Assembly: GCA_040772725.1 (NCBI GenBank)
Contig: JAXGXR010000001.1
Span: 9,977-73,976 of the forward strand
Reading direction: 5' to 3'
Origin: Clostridia bacterium
GTDB taxonomy: Bacteria > Bacillota > Clostridia > Saccharofermentanales > UBA5734
Length of the DNA: 64,000 nucleotides
The position numbers and the translations under genes are program-made. Below are positions 26,520-36,362 of the stretch, piece after piece. Every line of letters starts with the position of its first letter. Position 1 is the stretch's first letter. The notes beneath the pieces are model-generated. The model saw nothing but the letters and a program-made list of their open reading frames with translations. It did no database searches and had not been told where the DNA came from.

Positions 26520-27113
26520 ATGTCCAGACTGGAAGGAACAAAAACGCTTGAAAACCTCATGAAGGCCTTTGCCGGCGAGTCCCAGGCCCGTAACCGGTAT
26601 ACGTATTTCGCCAGTGTCGCGAAGAAAGAGGGCTACAACCAGATCGAAGCCATTTTCATCGAGACTGCTGATAATGAGAAAGAGCATGCCAAGTTGTTTT
26701 ACAAGGCGATTGCCAACGATCTTGACGCGAAAGTCGCGATCCCGATCGAAATCCAGGCGGCCTATCCGGTCGCGCTCGGCGACACGGAGGCCAATCTGAT
26801 CGCGGCGGCGGCCGGTGAGCACGAGGAATGGTCAGATCTTTACCTGGCCTTTGCCAAAGTGGCCGACTCGGAGGGGTTCAGGGACATCGCCTCGACCTTC
26901 CGCCTGGTGGCCGAAGTTGAAAAACATCATGAAGCGCGTTACCTGAAGCTGGCCGAGAACATCCGGGAAGACCGGGTCTTCAGTCGCGCAAAGCCGGTCT
27001 TCTGGAAGTGCCGCAATTGCGGATTCATCATGGAGACCGCGGCCGCGCCGGACCTCTGCCCGGCCTGCAAGCATCCGAAAGCGCATTTCGAGCTGTTCTG
27101 CGAAAACTACTGA
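26520..27113 (+). CDS. rbr: rubrerythrin
   Basis: Diiron ExxH pairs ([24 protein letters not shown]) plus a C-terminal rubredoxin-like CRNCG...CPACKHP. GGAGG SD. Confidence 0.93.
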   Translation: MSRLEGTKTLENLMKAFAGESQARNRYTYFASVAKKEGYNQIEAIFIETADNEKEHAKLFYKAIANDLDAKVAIPIEIQAAYPVALGDTEANLIAAAAGEHEEWSDLYLAFAKVADSEGFRDIASTFRLVAEVEKHHEARYLKLAENIREDRVFSRAKPVFWKCRNCGFIMETAAAPDLCPACKHPKAHFELFCENY

Positions 27114-27134
27114 TAAAATCCCCGAGGATCGTGA

Positions 27135-27180
27135 ATCAGGGGCGATCACCTGCGAAGAGCGATCGCCCCTGATTTTCATT
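27135..27180 (+). terminator. terminator-like hairpin after rbr
   Basis: A 13-bp stem, ATCAGGGGCGATC (27135-47) with GATCGCCCCTGAT (27161-73), followed by TTTTCATT. Confidence 0.6.
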
Positions 27181-27182
27181 GG

Positions 27183-27211
27183 TTGCTTTTCATGGTTCCC
27201 TGACTTATAAT
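27183..27211 (+). promoter_or_regulatory. promoter of tRNA-Pro(UGG)
   Basis: TTGCTT (27183-88), 17-nt spacer, TATAAT (27206-11), 14 nt upstream of the tRNA 5' end. Confidence 0.55.
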
Positions 27212-27224
27212 GGGAACGCGATTT

Positions 27225-27301
27225 CGAGGTGTAGCGCAGTTGGCTAGCGCGCCTGCTTTGGGAGCAGGATGTCGGGGGTTCAAGTCCCTTCACCTCGACC
27301 A
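27225..27301 (+). tRNA. tRNA-Pro (anticodon UGG), CCA encoded
   Basis: Cloverleaf read by hand: acceptor CGAGGTG/CACCTCG, anticodon stem CCTGC/GCAGG with loop TTTGGGA, TTCAAGT T-loop, and a 3' CCA. Confidence 0.9.
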
Positions 27302-27357
27302 CGACAACAGGCGTTCCTCATCTGGTGGGACGCCTTTTCAATCAATCTGGAGGCTCA

Positions 27358-28641
27358 ATGACAGAACGCCGACGGGTGAGTCCATGGATGGGTCGATTCA
27401 TGTTCATCCTGATCGGGCAGGGTGTGTCACTGCTGGGATCGGGTCTTGTTCAGTTTGCCATCATCTGGTGGCTGACCCGCGAGACAGGTTCCCCCGTCGT
27501 GTTGACTGTGGCGACCATCATGGGACTGGTTCCCATGATCCTTCTGTCCCCTTGGGCCGGTGTCATCGCGGATCAATACAATCGCAAGCGGGTGCTCATC
27601 CTGGCGGATGGGTTCATCGCGACGGCCACGCTCCTGATGGCCGGGCTATTTCTCATGGGATGGCTCGAGGTTTGGCTGATCTATGTCCTGCTGGCTTTGC
27701 GCGCGGCCGGAACCGCTTTCCACCAGCCCGCCTTTGACGCGGCCATGCCGCTGATCGCGCCGGAAGCGCAGCTGGTCAGGATCAGTGCCATGCTGCAGAT
27801 GGTCCGGTCCGGCATCAATCTCGCCGCGCCGATGCTGGCTGCCTTGCTGATCGAGTGGGTCAGCCTGCCTGCGGTGCTGCTGATCGATGTCCTGACTGCC
27901 CTGGCCGCGATCCTGCTGTTGTTTCCCGTGCCGATTCCCGACGTGCATGACGCGTCTTCGCGGCAATCGAGCGCGAGTGGCTACATGAGGGACCTGAAGG
28001 CCGGTTTCCGCTACATTCTTCGCTGGCGGGGCCTTTCGATCCTGATCCTGATATTTGCCCTGTCCAATTTTCTGCTATCGCCGATGTTGTCCTTGATGCC
28101 GCTGATCATCAACGACTATTTCCGGGGCAGCGCGCGTGACTATGGTTTTTTCGAGATATTCTTCGCGGCCGGATTGATCGCCGGGAGCCTTTCACTTTCG
28201 GTCTGGGGTGGCTTCAAACGTAAAATTGTCAGCATCAACCTGGCCCAGATCCTGTGCGGAGTGGCTTTGACGGCCGCCGGCCTTGCCAGCCCATCGCAGT
28301 TCCACTTTGTCCTGGTCGCCATCTTCATCTGCGGCATCACGTCCGCTTACATCAATTCTCCGGCCGTGGCCATTGTCCAGTCCCAGGTCGACAAGGTGAT
28401 GCTTGGCCGGGTCATGTCAATCGTGACAACCCTGTGCATGGTCGCGATGCCAATGAGTCTTGCATTGGCCGGGCCATTCGCCAACCGGGTGGGATTGATG
28501 CCGATGGTCTATGTGCCGGGCGCGATCAGTGCCCTGATGGGCATCGGTTGCTTCTTCATCCCGTCGCTGATGGGCATTGAAAAAGGAAAGACCGCCGATG
28601 ATCAGGCGGCGGCCGTTGCCAAGCCGGAATGGACCCGTTGA
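27358..28641 (+). CDS. MFS transporter (12 TM helices, EntS/macrolide-efflux-like)
   Basis: Polytopic protein with an MFS-type loop motif (ADQYNRKRVLI). Start at the ATG at 27358, which has a GGAGG SD. Confidence 0.85.
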   Translation: MTERRRVSPWMGRFMFILIGQGVSLLGSGLVQFAIIWWLTRETGSPVVLTVATIMGLVPMILLSPWAGVIADQYNRKRVLILADGFIATATLLMAGLFLMGWLEVWLIYVLLALRAAGTAFHQPAFDAAMPLIAPEAQLVRISAMLQMVRSGINLAAPMLAALLIEWVSLPAVLLIDVLTALAAILLLFPVPIPDVHDASSRQSSASGYMRDLKAGFRYILRWRGLSILILIFALSNFLLSPMLSLMPLIINDYFRGSARDYGFFEIFFAAGLIAGSLSLSVWGGFKRKIVSINLAQILCGVALTAAGLASPSQFHFVLVAIFICGITSAYINSPAVAIVQSQVDKVMLGRVMSIVTTLCMVAMPMSLALAGPFANRVGLMPMVYVPGAISALMGIGCFFIPSLMGIEKGKTADDQAAAVAKPEWTR

Positions 28642-28650
28642 CGGCTGCGT

Positions 28651-29457
28651 TCAGCCGGTGCCTTTGATCCGGATATAGATGTGCTTGGACGAAGAACCGG
28701 CGCTTTCACGGACATCGATCTCGTACTTCCCGATCGACTTGATCATCGGTGTCAGTTTTGAGAAGCCGTAATTGCGTGGATCGAAAGATGGCTGCTTCTT
28801 GAGCAGCAGCTGACCGACCTCGCCCAGATAGGCCCAGCCGTTTTCGTCCTCCAGGTCGCGGATCGTCGCGTCGATCAGTTTGAGGACATCTTTCGTGACC
28901 TTCTTGAAGCCGCTGCTGCGTCTTGTTCCGGCGGGCGGCCTGGCTGGCTTTGATTCCTGTGTGTCCGCATCCTTGTCTGTTATGGATGGCTCGTCATGGA
29001 CTGGACTGTCCAGGATTTCGAGATAAATGAACTTGTCACAAGCCGCGATGAAGGCGTTGGGCGTCTTTTGCTCACCGATGCCATAAACGACCATGCCGGC
29101 CTCGCGCAGCCGGGTCGCCAGCCGGGTGAAGTCGGAATCGCTGGACACGAGGCAGAAACCGTCGACGCGCTCGGAATAGAGAATGTCCATCGCGTCGATG
29201 ATCATCGCTGAGTCAGTGGCGTTTTTGCCAAAAGTGTAGCCAAACTGCTGCATGGGCGTGATCGCGTAGTCCAGCAGCATGGGCTTCCATCCGGAAAGGT
29301 TGGGCTTGGTCCAGTCCCCGTAGATCCGCTTGATGGTGGCATTGCCATACCGGGCGATCTCTTCCATCATCGCCCGCAGGTTCTGGTGGGAGACATTGTC
29401 CGCGTCAATCAGGACGGCCAGCCGGAAATCACTGTTGTTTTCCTTGATTGGGGTCAT
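28651..29457 (-). CDS. NYN-domain (PIN-like RNase) protein with a C-terminal OST-HTH/LOTUS domain
   Basis: LAVLIDADN...GKNATDSAMIIDAMD...VSSDSDF NYN acidic residues, and a C-terminal ~70-aa LOTUS-like segment. Start at 29455-57 with an AAGGAG SD. Confidence 0.8.
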   Translation of the reverse strand: MTPIKENNSDFRLAVLIDADNVSHQNLRAMMEEIARYGNATIKRIYGDWTKPNLSGWKPMLLDYAITPMQQFGYTFGKNATDSAMIIDAMDILYSERVDGFCLVSSDSDFTRLATRLREAGMVVYGIGEQKTPNAFIAACDKFIYLEILDSPVHDEPSITDKDADTQESKPARPPAGTRRSSGFKKVTKDVLKLIDATIRDLEDENGWAYLGEVGQLLLKKQPSFDPRNYGFSKLTPMIKSIGKYEIDVRESAGSSSKHIYIRIKGTG

Positions 29458-29640
29458 TGCATTCAGCTCCTTTAGCCTTATCATAACGGAACGGACGGAC
29501 GCTGTACATGACACGCCTGTAGGAGCCCTGTCTTTTTTTCGGCTTCCGGATGCGATAAGATTAAAACTGCATCGTGTTGAACATCAGAAGACAATGGCCG
29601 ACAGCGGCCCTGGACCGCTCAAAAGCGAGGTGAAGCACGA

Positions 29641-30732
29641 ATGAAACGGATCGGGATCCTGACCAGTGGCGGCGATTGTCAGGGATTGAACGCCGCGATG
29701 CGGGGCGTGTCGAAAGCGCTTTACGAATCAATTGACCAGATTGAGGTCATCGGGTTTCTGGATGGCTACAAGGGCCTGATCGAAGGGCAGTCGAGAAAAA
29801 TGAGCCCGGCTGACTTTTCCGGGATCCTGACTGTTGGCGGCACCATCCTCGGCACATCGCGCCAGCCGTTCAAAAGCATGAAACAGCCGGCTGACCCCGA
29901 TGATCCGGACGGCCCGACCCGGCTCGACGCCATGGTCAAAAACGTGGACCGCCAGAAACTGGACGCGCTGGTCATCCTGGGCGGAAACGGAACCCACAAG
30001 ACAGCCCATGCCTTGTCCAAGGCCGGCGTACCGGTCGTCACCCTGCCCAAGACCATAGACAATGACCTGTGGGGAACCGAGGTCACCTTTGGGTTTCATA
30101 GCGCGGTCGACATCGCGACGAATGTCATCGACAGCATCCACACCACGGCCACGTCGCACGGTCGGGTCTTTGTCGTCGAACTGATGGGCCACTCGGCCGG
30201 CTGGCTGACGTTGTATGCCGGTGTAGCCGGAGGGGCCGACATCATCCTTCTGCCGGAACTGCCGTTTGACATCAAAGCCGTGAGCGAGGCGATCCGGCGT
30301 CGAAACGAGCAGAACAAGCGCTTTTCGATCATCGCGGTTGCCGAGGGCGCTGTCACGACCGACATGGCCAGACTGAGCAAGAAAGACCTGGCCCGTTACC
30401 GGTCAACCTGTCCCCATCCGTCCATCGCCTATGAACTGGCCGCCGCGCTTGGTCAAAAAGCCGGCCAGGAAGTCCGGGTCACGATTCCGGGCCACTACCA
30501 GAGGGGTGGACAGCCGTCCCCCTATGACCGGATCCTGGCGACCCGATTCGGCACAGCGGCGGCTGATCTGATCCGTCAAGGCCGATTCGGCGTGATGGTC
30601 GGCATGCAGTCAGACCACGTGGTGCCGGTTCCTCTGGCCGATGTCGCCGGCAAGCTCAAACTGGTGCCGCCTGAATCCCCGGTCATCGCCTCCGCCCGGT
30701 CGCTCGGCACGTCCTTCGGCATGCCGGAATGA
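29641..30732 (+). CDS. pfkA: 6-phosphofructokinase
   Basis: GILTSGGDCQGLNAA, GGNGT, PKTIDNDL and MGHSAG motifs. Confidence 0.92.
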   Translation: MKRIGILTSGGDCQGLNAAMRGVSKALYESIDQIEVIGFLDGYKGLIEGQSRKMSPADFSGILTVGGTILGTSRQPFKSMKQPADPDDPDGPTRLDAMVKNVDRQKLDALVILGGNGTHKTAHALSKAGVPVVTLPKTIDNDLWGTEVTFGFHSAVDIATNVIDSIHTTATSHGRVFVVELMGHSAGWLTLYAGVAGGADIILLPELPFDIKAVSEAIRRRNEQNKRFSIIAVAEGAVTTDMARLSKKDLARYRSTCPHPSIAYELAAALGQKAGQEVRVTIPGHYQRGGQPSPYDRILATRFGTAAADLIRQGRFGVMVGMQSDHVVPVPLADVAGKLKLVPPESPVIASARSLGTSFGMPE

Positions 30733-30768
30733 ACGGTCAGCGAATGATGGAAAGGAGACAAACCAGCC

Positions 30769-32325
30769 ATGGCCAGGAAGAAACGGACAGCCGCCATTGA
30801 TGTCGGGTCGCACGAGATCCGGCTGTATATCGCTGAAAACACCGCTTCGGAAGCGCCACGGGTCATCGAGAAGGTCCGCCGGACATTGCCGCTCGGTTCG
30901 GACACGTATAGCACCGGCCACATCAGCCAGCCACTGGTCAAGGAGTGCGTCAGCATCCTGCAAGGGTTTGCGGCTCGACTCCAGGAGTATCACGTTCAGG
31001 ATACGGTTGCGGTCGCGACCAGCGCGTTCCGTGAGGCGTCCAACTGCTATCGGGTGGTTGACCAGATCAGTCGTGAAACCGGACTATCGATCCGGGTGCT
31101 GAGCAACGCCGAGGAAAAATTCTATCATACGATGGCTTTGTCACAGATCCTGCCGAATTTCACCGACCTGATCCGGCAGGGGACCATGATCGTCGACATC
31201 GGATCCGGCAGCATCCAGGCCACCGCTTACGACAAAGGGGACTTCGTCTTCAGCCAGAACATGCTACTGGGATCGTTGCGCCTGCGGGAACTCCTGGCCG
31301 ACCTGCAGCGGGTGACGACGGATTACGCAGCGCTGCTTGAAGAATATGTCTCCAGTGATCTGGACAATTATCGCCTGCTCGAACCGAAAAACATGTCCTA
31401 TGAAAACCTGGTCGTCCTGTGCGGCGACCTCTCCTATCTGCGGCGCATGGCGGATACGCTTCACCCGGCCGATGAATCGGACCCGATGTTCATGAGCCGG
31501 AAGTCTTTCGAGCAGGTCTATGAACGACTTCTGAAGGCCCAGCCACGGGATCTCACCATCGATTTTGACATACCGGCCGAAAACGCCACCTTGCTTCTGC
31601 CTTCCGCCCTGATCATGCGCAAATTCCTGCTCAACACCGGGGCTGGCGGCTTTTTCACCCCGTCAGCCTCGCTGTGCGACGGGATGCTGTTCGATCTGGC
31701 CATCCGCAAGCACCACTTTGTACCGGCCTACGACCAGTCGCGGGACCTGATTTCCGCCTGCAGGCAGATCGCGACGCGTTTCAAGACCGACCGGAAGCAT
31801 TCGGACTGGGTCGAGAAGGCGGCGCTGAAAATTTTCGACGCGACTGTGAAACTGCATCGGCTCGACCGTCGGCACCGTCTGCTCCTGCAGGCCGCCTCGA
31901 TCCTGCAGGACTGCGGCATGTACATCAACATGGCCCGCCACAATGTCCGGTCCTACTATGTGATCATGTCGATCGAGATGATCGGCCTTTCCGCGGATGA
32001 GCGGGAAGTGGTGGCCTATACGGCCCGCTTCCATCATGAAGCCAAACTGGATGAAGACGCGCATTATGCCTCGTTGCCGGAACAGGAGAAAATCCGGATC
32101 GCCAAGCTTGCGGCGATTTTAAGGCTGGCTGACGCGCTCGATTCCGGACACAAACAGAAAATCACAAACATCGATCTGCTGCCCGCCGAGGACGAATTGG
32201 TGATCGCCGCGACAACCGCGAAAGACATCACGCTCGAGCAGTGGTCAGTCAGCCGCAAAGGGCGTCTTTTCTCGGAGGTCTACGGTGTCGCTGTGAAGAT
32301 CCGTATCAGGAGGCTCAAGGCATGA
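30769..32325 (+). CDS. ppx: Ppx/GppA-family exopolyphosphatase with a C-terminal HD domain
   Basis: ASKHA-fold N-terminus (AAIDVGSHEIRLYIAE) and a C-terminal HD-type helical domain. AAGGAG SD. Confidence 0.88.
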   Translation: MARKKRTAAIDVGSHEIRLYIAENTASEAPRVIEKVRRTLPLGSDTYSTGHISQPLVKECVSILQGFAARLQEYHVQDTVAVATSAFREASNCYRVVDQISRETGLSIRVLSNAEEKFYHTMALSQILPNFTDLIRQGTMIVDIGSGSIQATAYDKGDFVFSQNMLLGSLRLRELLADLQRVTTDYAALLEEYVSSDLDNYRLLEPKNMSYENLVVLCGDLSYLRRMADTLHPADESDPMFMSRKSFEQVYERLLKAQPRDLTIDFDIPAENATLLLPSALIMRKFLLNTGAGGFFTPSASLCDGMLFDLAIRKHHFVPAYDQSRDLISACRQIATRFKTDRKHSDWVEKAALKIFDATVKLHRLDRRHRLLLQAASILQDCGMYINMARHNVRSYYVIMSIEMIGLSADEREVVAYTARFHHEAKLDEDAHYASLPEQEKIRIAKLAAILRLADALDSGHKQKITNIDLLPAEDELVIAATTAKDITLEQWSVSRKGRLFSEVYGVAVKIRIRRLKA

Positions 32326-34511
32326 AGAAAAGCAAGAACACCGGTAAAGCAAAAAAGACCATCAAGGCGAAACCGGACATTAAAGACCAAAAGCCGATGC
32401 CGGACCTGTACATCAATCGGGAACTGAGCTGGCTCGATTTCAATGACCGGGTGCTGGATGAGGCGCGTGACAAGGAAAACCCGCTGCTCGAGCGGGTCAA
32501 ATTCCTGGCCATCACCAGCTCCAATCTGGATGAGTTCTTCATGATCCGGGTCGCCTCCCTGAAGGACATGACCCACGCCGGGTACGAAGGCGTTGATCCG
32601 GCCGGGATGACCGCCGGAGAGCAGCTGACCGCCATTTCCGAGAAAACGCATACCTTGGTCCGCAAGCAGTATTCGACTTACAATCGGGTCTTGTACCCGG
32701 AACTGATCAAAAACGGAATCCGGATCCTGTCATTCAAAGACCTGTCCGGGGCGCAGACCAAGTACCTGGACCATTACTTCCACCAGACCGTTTTCCCGAC
32801 CTTGACTCCATTGGCTGTCGATGCGGGACGGCCATTTCCCCTGATCAGCAACCGTTCGCTCAATATCTGCTGTCTGGTCCAGCCGGGCGGGGACAACCCG
32901 GACCAGCAGCCCCACCTGGCGGTCGTCCAGGTGCCGTCCGTCGTGGCGCGCCTGGTGGCGGTTCCATCGGAGGAGCACAAGGATTTCGTGCTTCTGGAGG
33001 ACCTCGTGAGCCGCCATCTCCAGGAACTGTTCCGGGGATCCCGGATCCTGGCATCCGGGGCTTTCCGCATCATGCGCAATGCCGATCTCGACATAGAGGA
33101 CGAAGGCGCGGCCGATCTCCTGAAGGAAATCGAGAAGCAGGTCCGCATGCGACAATGGGGGGAAGTGATCCGGCTCGAAGCGGAGGCCGATCTGGATGAC
33201 ATGCTGCTCGATCGGTTGAAATCCGCGCTGAAGCTGAACGAGGATGACCTGTACCTGATCAACGGACCACTGGACCTGACCTTCCTGTTCCGGTTGTCCG
33301 GTATCCCGGGCTTTCCCCATCTGCGATTCGAACCGTATGATCCATGGGTGGACGAAGCCATCATGGCCGACCCGTTCGCGGCCATCAGGGCTGGCGACCG
33401 GCTTCTGCACCATCCGTACCATGCTTTCGATCCGGTCACCGAACTGATTCGCACAGCGGCAAAGGACCCGGATGTCCTGGCGATCAAACAGACCCTTTAC
33501 CGGGTCGGTGGTGACAGCCCGATCGTCAAGAGCCTGGAGGAGGCGGCCGAACGCGGCAAGCAGGTGCTGGTGCTGGTCGAACTCAAGGCCCGGTTCGACG
33601 AAGAGAACAACATCCAGTGGGCCAGACGTCTGGAACAGGCCGGCTGTCATGTCATCTATGGTCTCGTCGGCCTCAAGGTCCACAGCAAGATCACGCTGAT
33701 CGTCCGGGAAGAAGAGGATGGCATCCGCCGTTATGTCCACCTGGGCACCGGCAATTACAACGACCAGACCGCCAGGATCTATTCCGATTTCAGCTTGTTC
33801 ACCTGTTCCGAAAGCATTGGCACGGACGCCACGGAGTTTTTCAACATGCTGTCCGGCTATTCCGCGCCATTGTCCTGGCGACGCCTGATCGTAGCGCCCT
33901 ATTGGCTCAGACGCGAGGTGACGCGTCTGATCGAGCAGGAAATGCGCCATGCGGCAGAAGGGAAGCCGGCCCGGATCGTCATCAAGGTCAATTCACTGGT
34001 CGATCCGGAAATGATCAGCCTGCTTTATCGCGCGTCACAGGCCGGGGTGGACATTTCGCTCATTGTCCGCGGCATCTGCTGCCTGAGAGCGGGCGTGCCG
34101 GGGCTGTCCGACCGGATATCGGTCCGGTCGATCATCGGCCGTTTCCTCGAACACAGTCGGGTCTACCTGTTTCACAACGATGGTCAGGACGATTTGTTCC
34201 TCGCCAGTGCCGACCTGATGGAACGCAATCTCGATCGCCGGGTCGAGCTGTTTTTCCCGATCGAGGATCCCAAGGCTTACGATCAGGTCATGTCCTTGCT
34301 CGATCTACAGCTCAGCGACACGAACCGGACCCGGATCATGGACGAAAACGGTGCCTATCAATCGGTCGACCGGCGTGGCAAACAACGGGTCGACTGCCAG
34401 GGCGAGCTGATCGGCCAAGTGAAGAAACTGGGTTTCGAGCAACTGGAGACAAAAGCGGAAATCCGTTTCACACCCGCTGAGTCCGAGTGGGAAAAACCGG
34501 ACCTGTCTTGA
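32322..34511 (+). CDS. ppk: polyphosphate kinase 1
   Basis: NRELSWLDFNDRVLDEA N-terminus and two PLD-like HKD-type domains. ATGA overlap with ppx, with an AGGAGG SD. Confidence 0.95.
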   Translation: MKKSKNTGKAKKTIKAKPDIKDQKPMPDLYINRELSWLDFNDRVLDEARDKENPLLERVKFLAITSSNLDEFFMIRVASLKDMTHAGYEGVDPAGMTAGEQLTAISEKTHTLVRKQYSTYNRVLYPELIKNGIRILSFKDLSGAQTKYLDHYFHQTVFPTLTPLAVDAGRPFPLISNRSLNICCLVQPGGDNPDQQPHLAVVQVPSVVARLVAVPSEEHKDFVLLEDLVSRHLQELFRGSRILASGAFRIMRNADLDIEDEGAADLLKEIEKQVRMRQWGEVIRLEAEADLDDMLLDRLKSALKLNEDDLYLINGPLDLTFLFRLSGIPGFPHLRFEPYDPWVDEAIMADPFAAIRAGDRLLHHPYHAFDPVTELIRTAAKDPDVLAIKQTLYRVGGDSPIVKSLEEAAERGKQVLVLVELKARFDEENNIQWARRLEQAGCHVIYGLVGLKVHSKITLIVREEEDGIRRYVHLGTGNYNDQTARIYSDFSLFTCSESIGTDATEFFNMLSGYSAPLSWRRLIVAPYWLRREVTRLIEQEMRHAAEGKPARIVIKVNSLVDPEMISLLYRASQAGVDISLIVRGICCLRAGVPGLSDRISVRSIIGRFLEHSRVYLFHNDGQDDLFLASADLMERNLDRRVELFFPIEDPKAYDQVMSLLDLQLSDTNRTRIMDENGAYQSVDRRGKQRVDCQGELIGQVKKLGFEQLETKAEIRFTPAESEWEKPDLS

Positions 34512-34528
34512 GACGGATCCGGGTTTCA

Positions 34529-34558
34529 TTGACAGTTTTCACGACCGGATGGTAGAGT
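34529..34558 (+). promoter_or_regulatory. promoter of argS
   Basis: TTGACA (34529-34), 18-nt spacer, TAGAGT (34553-58). Confidence 0.5.
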
Positions 34559-34631
34559 ATTTCGTGCATATGCCGACCGTCCGGACATCTGACCACGGAA
34601 GCGGCTAGGACAGTCAAACGGGAGGACCGAC

Positions 34632-36356
34632 ATGAGTGACAGACAAGAACTGCTTGAGGCGTTGAGCCAGCATACCGGGCTGGAAACCGGGTTTCTGGAC
34701 CAACTGGTCGAAATCCCGCCCAACCCGACCCTTGGTGACTACGCCTTCCCCTGTTTCACACTGGCCAAGCAGCTGCGAAAAGCCCCGGCCGCCATTGCCG
34801 CGGACCTGGCTGACCGTTTGCGTCGTCAACTGACCCAGTTCGACCGGATCGAGACGGTCGGCGGTTACCTGAATTTCTTTCTGAACCGGGGCCGGTTCAT
34901 TGCCGGCACCATCCGGAACGTGCAGGCGGCCGGTCCTGCTTTTGGATCGGCGGTCGCGCCGGACGACAAGCCGGTCATCATCGAATTCTCTTCGCCGAAC
35001 ATTGCCAAGCCATTCCACGTCGGACATGCTTTCACGACCATCATCGGCCATTCACTGGCAAAAATTTACCGCCATCTTGGCTACTCGGTCGTGCGGATGA
35101 ATCATCTTGGCGATTACGGCACGCAGTTCGGCAAACTGATCGTCGCCTATCAGCGCTGGGGCGACGAGGCGGCCCTGACCGCGGAGCCGATCAAGGAGCT
35201 TTTGCGCATTTATGTCAAGTTTCATGACGAGGCCAAAGCGGATCCGACACTGGAACCGTTGGCCAGGGAGCACTTCCGGCGTCTGGAAGATGGCCGGCCG
35301 GAGGAGACCGCGCTCTGGCAGCGGTTCCGCGACCTGAGCCTGGTCGAGTTCGCGCAGGTCTATGACCGGCTGGGAATCGAATTCGACAACTTCAATGGCG
35401 AGAGTTTTTACAGCAGCCAGATCCCGGCGGTTGTCAGGATGCTTGAGGAAAAGGGCCTCCTGGAGGACAGCGAAGGCGCCCGGGTCGTGCGTCTGGACGA
35501 ATTCGACCTGCCGCCGTGCATCATCCTGAAGTCGGACGGCACGACGATCTATGCCTCGCGGGATATCGCGGCCGTCCTGTATCGCTTCCGTGAATACCAG
35601 TTCCAGAAAAACATCTATGTGGTCGGCACGCCACAGGCGATGCACTTCCGCCAGGTGTTCGGCGTGCTCGAAAAGGCCGGGTTCCCGTTTGCGAAAGATT
35701 GTGTCCATGTCGGATTCGGACTGGTCCGTTTCGCCGACCGGAAGCTTTCCACACGAAGCGGGGATGTGATTTTCCTGCAGGATCTGCTGCAGGAGGCTGT
35801 GGACAAGACCCTTGAGATCATCCGCGCGAACGCAGCCCTGCGCGCGCCGGACATGACCGAGACGGACATGCGCCTGGTCGCGGAACGGGTCGGCATCGGC
35901 GCGATTTCCTATACCTTCCTCAAGAACAGCCGGGAGCGTGACATCGTCTTTTCATATGAGGAAATGCTCGATTTTGAAGGTGACTCGGCGCCGTACGTCC
36001 TGTACACATACGCCCGGGCCAGAAGCATCCTGAGAAAAGCGGAGCAGGACGAAAGCCCGCAAGCAGAAGCGTCGCTGGAAGAACTTGGCACAGACGACGA
36101 ATTCATGGTCGCCAAACTGATTGACGGTCTGCCGCAAAGCATCGTCAAAGCAGCCAGGACGTATGAACCGTTCATGATTGTCCGCCAGATCACGCAACTG
36201 GCCCGGGCATTCAACAAGTACTACCACAACGAACCGATCCTGGCGACGGCCGATCCAAAACTTCGCCAGGCCCGGCTTGACCTGTTGAAAACAGTCTGTC
36301 AGACCCTTGAAGTCGGGTTGGATCTGGTCGGGATCCGGCCTGTGGAACGGATGTGA
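34632..36356 (+). CDS. argS: arginine--tRNA ligase
   Basis: HIGH-type FHVGHAF, class I synthetase core, and the DALR anticodon-binding C-terminus ending ERM. Confidence 0.96.
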   Translation: MSDRQELLEALSQHTGLETGFLDQLVEIPPNPTLGDYAFPCFTLAKQLRKAPAAIAADLADRLRRQLTQFDRIETVGGYLNFFLNRGRFIAGTIRNVQAAGPAFGSAVAPDDKPVIIEFSSPNIAKPFHVGHAFTTIIGHSLAKIYRHLGYSVVRMNHLGDYGTQFGKLIVAYQRWGDEAALTAEPIKELLRIYVKFHDEAKADPTLEPLAREHFRRLEDGRPEETALWQRFRDLSLVEFAQVYDRLGIEFDNFNGESFYSSQIPAVVRMLEEKGLLEDSEGARVVRLDEFDLPPCIILKSDGTTIYASRDIAAVLYRFREYQFQKNIYVVGTPQAMHFRQVFGVLEKAGFPFAKDCVHVGFGLVRFADRKLSTRSGDVIFLQDLLQEAVDKTLEIIRANAALRAPDMTETDMRLVAERVGIGAISYTFLKNSRERDIVFSYEEMLDFEGDSAPYVLYTYARARSILRKAEQDESPQAEASLEELGTDDEFMVAKLIDGLPQSIVKAARTYEPFMIVRQITQLARAFNKYYHNEPILATADPKLRQARLDLLKTVCQTLEVGLDLVGIRPVERM

Positions 36357-36362
36357 CCGACC

